64,000 nucleotides of DNA, from the IMG/VR virus record IMGVR_UViG_3300033233_000013, positions 50,857-114,856 of that record; one strand, given 5' to 3'. How positions within the stretch are numbered: the first letter of the stretch is position 1; each line of letters starts with the position of its first letter. The translations under genes and the position numbers were made by a program. This DNA comes from a virus. Its lineage: Duplodnaviria; Heunggongvirae; Uroviricota; Caudoviricetes. A model generated the notes under the pieces. The model did no database searches and was not told the DNA's origin. It saw only the letters and a program-made list of their open reading frames with translations. Of this stretch, positions 45,622 through 54,022 are shown one piece after another.

Positions 45622-46386
45622 ATGCCAGAGCACGCCCTGCGGCGTTGCGCCCCATGCGGTCGTGACTTGCCGGCGACAACGGAGTTTTTCTACACTGATC
45701 GCCGGGCGCACGACGGCTTGGCATCGCCCTGCCGGGAGTGCCGGAAGACATACGGTCGTGCACGCTCTGCGGATGGGCGCGCGCGATTGAAGACCCAGCC
45801 GAGCACGAAACTCTGTTCGCGCTGTGGCGAACATCGTCCGGCGACGCAGTTCTACCGATCGTCTGCGGCGCATGATGGCCTCGCACCGTGGTGCATTCCG
45901 TGTCGACGTACCTACAGCGCTCAGCCGGACCAACGGACGAAACGTCGCGAGTACATGCGGTCGCCGCGCGGTAGAGCTACGCACCAACATTTTGTTGCCA
46001 GCGAGAAAGGACATGCGGCAATCCAGCGGTACGCTCGGCGGTACGCGCGCTCGGCGAAGGGCCGGGAGACACGGCGCTGTTATCAGGCGCATCTCCGTCG
46101 AACGGACATCGCGGCGCGACGGGCGCGCGAAGCGGTCGCGCACGCCATTCGCGCGGGACGCCTCGTTCGGGCAGCGCGGTGTGAAACGTGTGGCCGGGAG
46201 AGGCGAACCGACGGGCATCATCACCGCGGCTATGCCCGTCGCTTCTGGCTGACGGTTCAATGGCTGTGTCGTCGGTGCCATGTCGCCGTCGACCGTCTCA
46301 ACCGTGCCCGGGGAGCGTCGCCAACGCCCGGCCGCTCATCGGATGGAAGTGGTCCGGGAACCGAGAGTAGTCACGGGGCAACGTAA
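45622..46386 (+). CDS. HNH endonuclease with two N-terminal CxxCG...HDGLA..C.CR.TY zinc-finger repeats, antisense to flanking genes
   Basis: Internal Met MPEHALRRCAPCGRD... of ORF 45271..46386. C-terminal CETCGRERRTDGHHHRGYARRFWLTVQWLCRRCH. It is a paralog of the gene at 8365-8973. Confidence 0.55.
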   Translation: MPEHALRRCAPCGRDLPATTEFFYTDRRAHDGLASPCRECRKTYGRARSADGRARLKTQPSTKLCSRCGEHRPATQFYRSSAAHDGLAPWCIPCRRTYSAQPDQRTKRREYMRSPRGRATHQHFVASEKGHAAIQRYARRYARSAKGRETRRCYQAHLRRTDIAARRAREAVAHAIRAGRLVRAARCETCGRERRTDGHHHRGYARRFWLTVQWLCRRCHVAVDRLNRARGASPTPGRSSDGSGPGTESSHGAT

Positions 46387-46810
46387 ACCGTTCGAGGTGC
46401 CGTCCTGATTTCCAACAATAGCGGTCGAGATACTCGGTCTGGCCATCGGTCCAGCCAAGACACCAGCTCATGTGAGGAATCACCTCGAACCGTTGGCTAT
46501 GATTGGGATCGGTGACGATCCGGAAGTCCGAACCGGCTGTGCGGAACACGACAAGTTCGACGCACGTCGATGGACAATCGGAGCGGCGAAGTCCCCAGAT
46601 CGCGCCCTTAATGTGAAAGCGGACCTCGACGAGTATGCGCAGGTCAACGTTGCGCCAGTTGAGCTGCCGTGACGTCAAGACCCGGCCATCCGCATAAACG
46701 TAGTCCATCCACTGCGACGGACTGTCGCGGTCGTGGGGGAGCCGCGGCGGCTCGAGCGCTGAGGCAATGGTCTGCACGTCGTGCTCGGCCTCGGCGTTAT
46801 GAGAAGTCAA
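46298..46810 (-). CDS. Hypothetical protein (170 aa)
   Basis: Normal composition. It overlaps the 3' end of the plus-strand HNH gene. Confidence 0.4.
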   Translation of the reverse strand: MTSHNAEAEHDVQTIASALEPPRLPHDRDSPSQWMDYVYADGRVLTSRQLNWRNVDLRILVEVRFHIKGAIWGLRRSDCPSTCVELVVFRTAGSDFRIVTDPNHSQRFEVIPHMSWCLGWTDGQTEYLDRYCWKSGRHLERFTLPRDYSRFPDHFHPMSGRALATLPGHG

Positions 46811-47396
46811 ATCGAAGACTTAAACGCATTTCGTAACCGGCTGTGACAGTGCCGAGATAGGTCCCGCTCGTCTCCGCCGGGTCGACTTCGAGAAGCGCCT
46901 GCAGGCCGACGACATCGTCGGTTGCCCCGGTCGAGAAGCTCGTCGCGCCGTTCCCCGCGAAGAGATTCTGCGTCGGCGCGTTCGCCTGCACCGCCATCAC
47001 GTCCCACGCCGCGTGCCCGCCGTAGCTATTCTCGTCGGCGTTCACGACGTAGGCCGAACCATTGGCGCCCGCCTCGTAGCGGAGCGCGCGGTACTGAAGG
47101 CGTGTGCCGGCCTGATCGAAGCCCCAGTTGCCGGTGCCGGCAAACCACGCGCGCAGGTTCGAGATTTGTGAATTTCCCTGGTAGTTCGTGCAGTGGAAGA
47201 GGAGATGCTTGACGGCGCTCCGCACCGCGGCGACGGCGCCGGCGATGCTCACCAGGCCAAAGTCGAGAGGGTTCGCCCCGCTCGCATCGACGAGTGTCCC
47301 CGCCGCCGCTGCCGTCTTCCGCTCGCTCGCCGTATCGAGCGCGGTCGTCGCGAGGGAATTCGCGACCGCGCGGAACTCTGTCGTCGGGGCAGCCAT
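46797..47396 (-). CDS. Hypothetical virion-associated protein (199 aa)
   Basis: Ala/Gly/Thr-rich and beta-like, downstream of the portal gene. Confidence 0.45.
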   Translation of the reverse strand: MAAPTTEFRAVANSLATTALDTASERKTAAAAGTLVDASGANPLDFGLVSIAGAVAAVRSAVKHLLFHCTNYQGNSQISNLRAWFAGTGNWGFDQAGTRLQYRALRYEAGANGSAYVVNADENSYGGHAAWDVMAVQANAPTQNLFAGNGATSFSTGATDDVVGLQALLEVDPAETSGTYLGTVTAGYEMRLSLRFDFS

Positions 47397-47414
47397 CGTC
47401 GGACTCCTTTCGGG

Positions 47415-47852
47415 TTACGCGGGCGCCTCGAACCGGCGGAGGTTCTCGACGCGAAAGCCGTGCTGGAGGGGAAATTCCCCGCCGGTGTGCACGACCCGGA
47501 GCAGCATCACGTGCACCTCGTAGAGCGACGCGCGATCGAGGATTGGGACCAGGCGCGCGGGGAACGTGAGGAAGAGCTTCAAGACCGTCGGATCATCCGG
47601 GTCGGTCGGATCGACCACGTACCGCGCGCCATAGACCGCCTTCATCGGCGGCAGATCGCTCGCCACGAAGATCGGGATGTCTTCCTGGCTTCGGATCGTG
47701 TTCCCGGCGTCGTCGTAGACATCGGCGTTGTAGAGCGCGACGAGCGTGATCGTGAGGAGGGCCGCGAGCGGCACCGGGAGGCGCGTGTGCGTGTCGAGGA
47801 GCGGCGCCGACCACTCGACATCCGCGCCCTCTGGCACGTCGGTCACGATCAC
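47415..47852 (-). CDS. Hypothetical protein (145 aa)
   Basis: MIVTDVPEGADVEWSAPLLD... Its start overlaps the portal stop. Confidence 0.45.
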   Translation of the reverse strand: MIVTDVPEGADVEWSAPLLDTHTRLPVPLAALLTITLVALYNADVYDDAGNTIRSQEDIPIFVASDLPPMKAVYGARYVVDPTDPDDPTVLKLFLTFPARLVPILDRASLYEVHVMLLRVVHTGGEFPLQHGFRVENLRRFEAPA

Positions 47853-49750
47853 GGCCAGGCCTCGTCGGGGAGGTGGCGGATCTGGACGACGAGCGGCGGG
47901 TCCGCTTCCGCCTTCTGGAGGCGCCCGCCCGTCGGGCGCGCCGCGCTCGTGCCGCCGCGGCCGCGCGCGGCGTCGCTGCCGCGATTCGTGGCCGGTGCCC
48001 CTGCGTCACGCGCATAGGGAAGCGGCGCCTCACTCGCAGGGAGGCCATCGCCGATCCTCCCCGGTGGTGCCCCCTCGCCGCCGGGCTGCTCTGGCGGCGC
48101 GAGCTTCCCCTGCTGCTGGAGGCTCGTGATGTACAGGCTTTGGAGCGCGGGGTTCACGGGCGCGCCGCCGATCAGCGGGTCCTCGTGCTTGGCTTCGCCG
48201 TCGATCGTCAGCATCCGATCCACGGTGAGCGTCAGCTTCTGGCGCTCGTGCTTCCGCGCTTCGTCTTCGGGGAAGAGACCGACGGGGGTGAGCCGATACT
48301 TCGTCGTGAGCTGGCTCACGAGGTTGTCGTTGACGAGCCCGATCCAGAAGAGCATCAGCGGGATGAGGCCGCGGTCGCGCGAGGACTGGAGCTTCTCGGT
48401 CGTGTCCTTCCCCGAGAGCGAGGAGGTATGCACGGAGAACGATTCGAAGTTCAGCTCCTCCGGGGCGAGCCCGAAAAACGCGCAGCCGAGCGACACGAGG
48501 AAGGTGAGGAAGCGGACCATGAACATCTCCGCTTCCGCCATGTTGTCGATCGGCGTCCACGCCGCGCCGCCCTCGGTCTTGGAGCGCGCGACCATGATCG
48601 GGATGTTCCACTGATTCGACGCCCCCGAGAGGAGGAGCTGCCACTTCTGCTGCAGGTCCAAGACCTGGCGCTGATTGTAGTCGCCGAAGAGCGTGAAGAA
48701 GCCGCGCGGGATCGCCTTCTTGTCGACGAACGTGGAGTTCATCGCGAAAAGGTTCAGGTACGCGGTGGCCGCGCGGACGAAGTGCTCGAGCTCGGCATCC
48801 CCATACCCACCGAGGTAGATCGAGCTCCGCGGGTTGCGGACTTCATAGATGAGCTCGTCGCGCTCGAAGCCGACAAACGGCTGGCGGGTCAGCGGGTCGA
48901 TCTGCACGCCGACGATCGCGTCGTTCCCCTCATAGCCGTCTTCGAACGCGAGCCGGATCGTCGTGAAGTCGAGGTTGTGCCAGCCGAGGAGCTTCCCGCT
49001 TCGTGCCCGCACCGTCTCGATGGGGCAGGCATCGGCCGTCAGCGTGTCGGCGATCATCGCCGCGACGAAGCCGGGGAAGGTGCGCAGACGCTGGTTCCAG
49101 CGCCGCTCGAGCGGATCGGTGGTGGCACCGGAGCTCTCGATCAGCGCCTCGAGCCGCGCGATCTCTTTCTGGTCGGCCTTCGTCAGCCGCTCGCCGTCGT
49201 TCCGGACGAACCGCACGCCGAGCGGGTTGTTGTCGTCTTCCCGGTAGAACCGCGCGAACGGCACCACCTGGTGGACGCGCGTCTGAATCATCGCCTGGAT
49301 GATGTCGACGCGGCTCGCCATCATGCGGAGAAACTCGAACCCGCTCGTCACGGTTGGCTTCTCGGCGAACGGATCGGCGGTCTGCCCGATCACGCCGAGC
49401 TCGTGGACGTGGAGCACCGCGTGGTGGCGCGCGCGGCGCGGATCGTCGGCGTACTTCCCGGGATAGGTCGCGGCGTAGAGCGAGGGGCTCAAGACGACGG
49501 ACTTCGCGAGGCTCTGGTGCTGGAAGCGCTCCCAGCTGTCGCGGATCTCGTCGGGATCGACGACGGCGACGCCGTGCGCGATCTGATCGCGGAGGCTCGC
49601 GAGGATCTCGCGCCCGACGGCCTGCTCCTCGTCGGCGGGGAGGTCGGTCCGTCCTGCCGTCTCGAAGAGCCCCGCGAGTCGTCCCACCGTCCCCCGCCCT
49701 TGTGTGGGACAGGCCCGACGCGCGAGCGCCCGCGCGCTCGAAGGCCGCAC
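47849..49750 (-). CDS. Probable portal protein
   Basis: 633-aa ORF between the terminase region and the MuF-containing head module. Gly/Pro-rich, basic C-terminal tail. The exact start is uncertain. Confidence 0.5.
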   Translation of the reverse strand: MRPSSARALARRACPTQGRGTVGRLAGLFETAGRTDLPADEEQAVGREILASLRDQIAHGVAVVDPDEIRDSWERFQHQSLAKSVVLSPSLYAATYPGKYADDPRRARHHAVLHVHELGVIGQTADPFAEKPTVTSGFEFLRMMASRVDIIQAMIQTRVHQVVPFARFYREDDNNPLGVRFVRNDGERLTKADQKEIARLEALIESSGATTDPLERRWNQRLRTFPGFVAAMIADTLTADACPIETVRARSGKLLGWHNLDFTTIRLAFEDGYEGNDAIVGVQIDPLTRQPFVGFERDELIYEVRNPRSSIYLGGYGDAELEHFVRAATAYLNLFAMNSTFVDKKAIPRGFFTLFGDYNQRQVLDLQQKWQLLLSGASNQWNIPIMVARSKTEGGAAWTPIDNMAEAEMFMVRFLTFLVSLGCAFFGLAPEELNFESFSVHTSSLSGKDTTEKLQSSRDRGLIPLMLFWIGLVNDNLVSQLTTKYRLTPVGLFPEDEARKHERQKLTLTVDRMLTIDGEAKHEDPLIGGAPVNPALQSLYITSLQQQGKLAPPEQPGGEGAPPGRIGDGLPASEAPLPYARDAGAPATNRGSDAARGRGGTSAARPTGGRLQKAEADPPLVVQIRHLPDEAWP

Positions 49751-49763
49751 GGACCCCGCGGCG

Positions 49764-49790
49764 CCGAGCCGCCCCGTCCGGGCGGCTCGG
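49764..49790 (-). other. Perfect 11-bp stem / 5-nt loop hairpin (CCGAGCCGCCC-ggacg-GGGCGGCTCGG) between motif copy 3 and the portal start
   Basis: Inverted repeat read directly from the sequence. No U-tract follows. Confidence 0.5.
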
Positions 49791-49811
49791 TTATCGGGAG
49801 GGGTGGTCGAG

Positions 49812-49828
49812 CGTCAATCGTGCCAAGC
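49812..49828 (-). promoter_or_regulatory. Conserved motif copy 3 (CTTGGCACGATTGACG)
   Basis: About 60 bp upstream of the portal start. A further GTTGACGG half-site lies at about 49837-49852. Confidence 0.5.
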
Positions 49829-49990
49829 CGGAACGGCCGTCAACCGCAATGCTGGGCGCGCCCGGTAGACCCCCCGGCCCACTGCTTCCGGGCGCGCCCC
49901 GCTTTCCACCGCCCCTCCGCCACCACCACGTTGTCTGCCCATCCAACGTGAGCACGTCGGGGCGCAGGCTTACCCATGCGACCTACGCGA

Positions 49991-50007
49991 ACGTCAATCG
50001 TGCCAAG
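49991..50007 (-). promoter_or_regulatory. Conserved motif copy 4 (CTTGGCACGATTGACG)
   Basis: About 180 bp upstream of copy 3. It overlaps the 3' end of a weak 68-aa ORF. Confidence 0.5.
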
Positions 50008-50200
50008 CGGCGCGCGCCACGGCGACCGCCTCGCCGCAGCGATCGCAGACGCCGAACACGGTCAGCTGCTCCGGCTCGCCGGCGACGCGAACGGTCAGTC
50101 GGCCCGCCTCGAGGCGGAGCCACCCGCCCTGCCGGCACGTGCGGTGCGGTTCCGGGTGGGCAAGCGGGCGATGCGGACCCTTCGGCGGTAGCGTGGGCAT
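49994..50200 (-). CDS. Weak small ORF (68 aa)
   Basis: Contains CDRCGEAV. It overlaps motif copy 4 and may be spurious. Confidence 0.25.
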   Translation of the reverse strand: MPTLPPKGPHRPLAHPEPHRTCRQGGWLRLEAGRLTVRVAGEPEQLTVFGVCDRCGEAVAVARAAWHD

Positions 50201-50343
50201 TCTTCCGGGTCGACGCGGTCGAGCGCGGCGAGCAAGGCGGCGACGACGTCGCTCACCCGCCGGAGTTCGCGCTTGCAGCGCGCCTCCTCGGCGAGTGCAG
50301 CATACAGCCGCTGCTCGAGGCGAGCGACGCGCCGCCTTCTCAC
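50095..50343 (-). CDS. Small basic helical protein (82 aa)
   Basis: MRRRRVARLEQRLYAALAEEARCKRELRR... Confidence 0.35.
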   Translation of the reverse strand: MRRRRVARLEQRLYAALAEEARCKRELRRVSDVVAALLAALDRVDPEECPRYRRRVRIARLPTRNRTARAGRAGGSASRRAD

Positions 50344-50564
50344 GCGTCGTCGCGCCAGCCGCGCCCCTCGCGGATGACGCGGCCCTTGATCCGCCGACTC
50401 ATCCAGTGGAACGCCTCGCCGAGCGCTTCCCGCGTCGCCTCTTCACTCCGCGCCGTCTGCCGCGCGATCTCGGGCACCGTCTTCCCCTCGACGAACCAGT
50501 GCACCATGTCCGCCTGCTCGAGATCGAGCCCCGCGGTCGCCTCGGCGAGCGTGTGCACGATCAT
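50340..50564 (-). CDS. Small sigma-70 region-4 / LuxR-type HTH protein (~74 aa), candidate late-gene regulator
   Basis: Internal Met MIVHTLAEATAGLDLEQADMVHWFVEGKTVPEIARQTARSEEATREALGEAFHWM on an ATGA overlap. Confidence 0.5.
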   Translation of the reverse strand: MIVHTLAEATAGLDLEQADMVHWFVEGKTVPEIARQTARSEEATREALGEAFHWMSRRIKGRVIREGRGWRDDA

Positions 50565-50818
50565 GTCGCCGCACCTCCCGCACCGTCCGCGCCCTTCGCA
50601 CCCCCCTCGCGCGCCGCGAGCGGGTACGCCACGCCCTCCGAGCTCACGCACGAGACGCGGCCGTCCCGGATCGTCACCGTGAAGCGCGCCGCGTGGTCGG
50701 TCCAGTGCTCCTCGAGCCACGCCTGGAAGACGGCGGCGAGATCGGCGACCGTCCGTGCGGCCGTCAGCTGCGGCACCATCACCAAAGGATGGGGTGGCCC
50801 GGGCGTAGGATCTGCCAT
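50561..50818 (-). CDS. Hypothetical small protein (~85 aa)
   Basis: Internal Met MADPTPGPPHPLVMVPQLTAARTVADLAAVFQAWLEEHW... Confidence 0.4.
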   Translation of the reverse strand: MADPTPGPPHPLVMVPQLTAARTVADLAAVFQAWLEEHWTDHAARFTVTIRDGRVSCVSSEGVAYPLAAREGGAKGADGAGGAAT

Positions 50819-51117
50819 CACCGTCCCGCCTCGAGCAGCCACTGGCGGAGCGCGCGGAGGCCCGTCGCCGCCTGCTCCACGATCGCCCGCTCGCCGAGCC
50901 AGGTCAGCGTCGCATCCGCGTGCGTCCAGGACTCCACCTCGCCCTCCCAGAGAATCCACCGGACGCCCGTCTCGAGGGCGACGTTCCACAGGCGGAGCTC
51001 GACGAGGGTTGGCGCATGCTCCGTGCCGGACACGTCGAGCTCGACGCCCGAGGGGAGGAGCCGTTGCATCACGACCAGGATCGCGATCAGGCGCTCGGTG
51101 TACTCCTCGCGGGTCAT
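50818..51117 (-). CDS. Hypothetical small protein (~99 aa)
   Basis: Internal Met MTREEYTERLIAILVVMQRLLPSGVELD... Confidence 0.45.
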   Translation of the reverse strand: MTREEYTERLIAILVVMQRLLPSGVELDVSGTEHAPTLVELRLWNVALETGVRWILWEGEVESWTHADATLTWLGERAIVEQAATGLRALRQWLLEAGR

Positions 51118-51272
51118 CGCTGCCTCCAGGAACCGTGCCCGATGCAGAGGTAGAAGTGGCCGATGTGCATGCGCATCACGCCGTCGGTGAACCAGATGGA
51201 GAAGTACATCGGCTCCTGCCGCGACCAGTACATACGAACGAGCCCGCGTATCTTGAGCACACGGATACTCAT
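51114..51272 (-). CDS. Hypothetical small protein (~52 aa)
   Basis: Internal Met MSIRVLKIRGLVRMYWSRQEPMYF... on an ATGA overlap with the terminase stop. Confidence 0.35.
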   Translation of the reverse strand: MSIRVLKIRGLVRMYWSRQEPMYFSIWFTDGVMRMHIGHFYLCIGHGSWRQR

Positions 51273-53392
51273 CGCCAATCGATCTCCTCCTCCGCCGCCG
51301 GCGTGAACATCCCGCAGGCCGCGAGCGTCGCAGTGACGCCCAAGTTCCGCGCCGTGCAGCGGTTCTTCGCGGCGTTGAAGCTCGCGCACCCGCCGCAGGT
51401 AAGCTGCGCCTGGTCCTCGGCCGCAAGCGGCATCACGAAGCCGGGGAGCGCGCGGCGCACCTCATCCATCGCGGGCGGCGGCGGCAGCTCCGTGACCGGC
51501 GTCTCGAGATCGACCGAGGAACCCGGCTCGACGTCAAGCATGAAGTCCTGCCCGTACGCGCGCGCCCAGGCGACGTCGCAGAGCATGTTCGCGAACGCGA
51601 AGTGCGGATCCTCGGGGCCGATCTTCTTCACGACCCCGCGGTACTTGAGCTCGTCTTCTTTCTTCTCGCCGCCGACGAGCTCGGTTACGAGCGCGACCGA
51701 CTTCATGTGCTTCCAGAACATCTCGCGGCAGACCATGACGTCGCGGGTGCCTTCGGGGGTGCGGAGGCGCTGGGTCAGCGTCCGCGCATCCGGGGTCTCG
51801 ACGCCACCCCGCGCCCAGCGCTGCAGCGCGGCGGACATCATCTTGTAGCGGTGGACGGTTGCGGTGTACGGCGTCTTGAAGTCGTCGGTCGTGCGGCGGT
51901 CCGTCACGCGCTCCTTCTGCCGGTCGCCCCAGCGGATCATGCCGCTCGTGATGTCGCTGTACGCGTCGACGACGAAGACCCGGCCGGGGAAGTCGTGCGC
52001 GAGCGCGTAGGCGGGGTCGGTGTTCGGGAGCGCCTCGAGACACGCATAGCGGACGTGGAACGCCTGCAGCAGCTCGCGCACCCGCGCCCACGGATCGGCC
52101 GCCTGCACCACTTCGAGGTGGAGGACGCGTTGGCGATCGCCGACCTTCCCCTTGATCACGATGTGGTGCTCGTGCGAGCGCTGGTCGAGGCCGAGGAAGA
52201 CGGCGTCGACGTCGACGCGCTTGGGTGGCCCCCAGACGAGGTCCGGATTCTGCGCGGCGTCCAGGATCGTGTCGTTGATCGGCACGGTCGCGGGATCAGT
52301 GAACGGGAGCCCGACGACGCGGTTGAAGTAGTCTTGCGTCGAGATCCGTCGGCGCCACTTCTCGAGGGTCTGCGCGGGCGTTTGCCGGGGCGAGAGCATC
52401 TGCGGGAACTGGAACCCGTAGCGCTTCTTCACGTCCGCGTCGGTCCGGTGGCGCACGTACTGCCCGACCTGCGGGTCGCGAATGATGTGTTTGCACTTCT
52501 GGCAGACGTAGAAGTAGTCGCGTGGCACGCCCGGGGTTGTCCCGTTCCCGCGGTCGATGCAGAGCGGCCCTTGTTGCGGGTCGACCTGCTTCGCGAGGAT
52601 GATGCCTTCTTTGCAGCGGCAGGTGGTATGAAACCAACGCTGGTCGGAGCGTTGGAACCAGAAATCGATGTCCGCACCCTCGAAGCCGCCGGTCGACCCA
52701 AACGCCATGATCTTCAACGTCGAGGCGTCGAGCCGATGCTGCGCGCGCTCCATCGACGCGAGGCCCATCGCGTGCACCTCGTCGAAGAAGACGGCATCCA
52801 TCGGGTTGGACTCCGTCGAGATCTTGCCGCCGAGGGAGAAGAAGTAGAGGAGCGAGCGCCAGAGCTTGCGGATCGACATCGCGCCTTCGTCGATGACCGC
52901 GTGCGTGTGCGGATCTTCGGGATCGCCCATGAGCGCGTGGATCCCGGGGTTGTCGCGGACGAGCCCCATCCAGCGGTTGTCGGAGAAGTCGGTCGCCTTG
53001 GTATCGGTCGGCAAGTAATAGCCGGCGCGGAAGAGCTCGATGCGGAGCCCGAGCCAGATCGAGAGCAGCAGGAGCGCGATCGATTTCCCGTTTTGCGAGC
53101 TCGCGAGGAGACAGAGGCTCCAGTCGGTGAGCCCGTCGATCGACTGCGGCACGGCCGCGTAGATCGGGCGGAGATGCTTCCAGACCGTAAAGTCGACGCG
53201 CTCGCGATCAGCGCGAAACCCGCCCTGCTCGACCCACGTGACAAACGGCTTCGCGCGCGCATCACGGAGGACCTGCGTCCGCTTCCCGCTCCGCTGGTGG
53301 TGCTCCCGGATCGCGGTCGCCAACCACGGCGTTCGCAAGACGTTCGAGCCGGGCAATGGCACTCTCGAGGGCAGAGCCGGGGACGAACTCAT
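51269..53392 (-). CDS. Terminase large subunit (lambda gpA-like)
   Basis: 707 aa with a P-loop-like LASSQNGKSIALLL and a Walker B AVFFDEVHAM, plus a C-terminal nuclease-sized domain. It lies upstream of the portal gene. Confidence 0.7.
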   Translation of the reverse strand: MSSSPALPSRVPLPGSNVLRTPWLATAIREHHQRSGKRTQVLRDARAKPFVTWVEQGGFRADRERVDFTVWKHLRPIYAAVPQSIDGLTDWSLCLLASSQNGKSIALLLLSIWLGLRIELFRAGYYLPTDTKATDFSDNRWMGLVRDNPGIHALMGDPEDPHTHAVIDEGAMSIRKLWRSLLYFFSLGGKISTESNPMDAVFFDEVHAMGLASMERAQHRLDASTLKIMAFGSTGGFEGADIDFWFQRSDQRWFHTTCRCKEGIILAKQVDPQQGPLCIDRGNGTTPGVPRDYFYVCQKCKHIIRDPQVGQYVRHRTDADVKKRYGFQFPQMLSPRQTPAQTLEKWRRRISTQDYFNRVVGLPFTDPATVPINDTILDAAQNPDLVWGPPKRVDVDAVFLGLDQRSHEHHIVIKGKVGDRQRVLHLEVVQAADPWARVRELLQAFHVRYACLEALPNTDPAYALAHDFPGRVFVVDAYSDITSGMIRWGDRQKERVTDRRTTDDFKTPYTATVHRYKMMSAALQRWARGGVETPDARTLTQRLRTPEGTRDVMVCREMFWKHMKSVALVTELVGGEKKEDELKYRGVVKKIGPEDPHFAFANMLCDVAWARAYGQDFMLDVEPGSSVDLETPVTELPPPPAMDEVRRALPGFVMPLAAEDQAQLTCGGCASFNAAKNRCTARNLGVTATLAACGMFTPAAEEEIDWR

Positions 53393-53978
53393 GGAGCACC
53401 TCGACCATACCCTTCACGAGCCGCTGCGCCTGCGCGACGGTGAGCGTCGGCGCGCCCGACTGGTAGATCTTCCACTCGATCTTGGCGACGCGCTCGAGCG
53501 TCATGGCGAGCATCTGGAGCGTCGCGACGATCGCCGGCGGCTGCTCGCCGTGTTGGGTCACGATGACTTCCGGGACCTGGCGCGCCACCCGGTGCAGCGT
53601 CGCCCAGGCGAAGGCCAGGAGCGTGTCGAGATCGCGGCGCTTCGCCGGGTCGTCGAGATAGATCGCGAGATCGGCAGCGAAGGCCGGGTCGATGTCGGCG
53701 AGCAGCGCTTTCGTCGCTGGCGTCGTGGAGCCGCCATGCGTGACGTTGACGGTCTTCGGGTTCTGGCGCGTGCCCTCGCGTTCGCGCTTCGCGTATCCGG
53801 CTCCGTGTGAGCCGCACACGGTCCAGCCCTTCCGCGCCGCCTTCTCGCACTGCGCCCCCGTCCGCTTGCGCTTCTGGCAGCGCGGCGCGACCGCCCCGCG
53901 TGGGAGCTTGACCGTCGGCGCGAGACCCTGTCGCCCCGGCTTCGCTTTCCGCCCCCGCGCCATCCTGCCCCTCGCCAC
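53262..53978 (-). CDS. Candidate terminase small subunit or DNA-binding protein (basic Zn-ribbon N-terminus)
   Basis: MARGRKAKPGRQG...PRCQKRKRTGAQCEKAARKGWTVCGSHG. It is immediately upstream of the terminase large subunit gene and overlaps the annotated TerL start. The functional assignment is by position only. Confidence 0.4.
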   Translation of the reverse strand: MARGRMARGRKAKPGRQGLAPTVKLPRGAVAPRCQKRKRTGAQCEKAARKGWTVCGSHGAGYAKREREGTRQNPKTVNVTHGGSTTPATKALLADIDPAFAADLAIYLDDPAKRRDLDTLLAFAWATLHRVARQVPEVIVTQHGEQPPAIVATLQMLAMTLERVAKIEWKIYQSGAPTLTVAQAQRLVKGMVEVLHEFVPGSALESAIARLERLANAVVGDRDPGAPPAEREADAGPP

Positions 53979-54022
53979 GCTCCATGCGGTGCTACCTGGC
54001 TACCGACGATCCAGGGGGTTGG

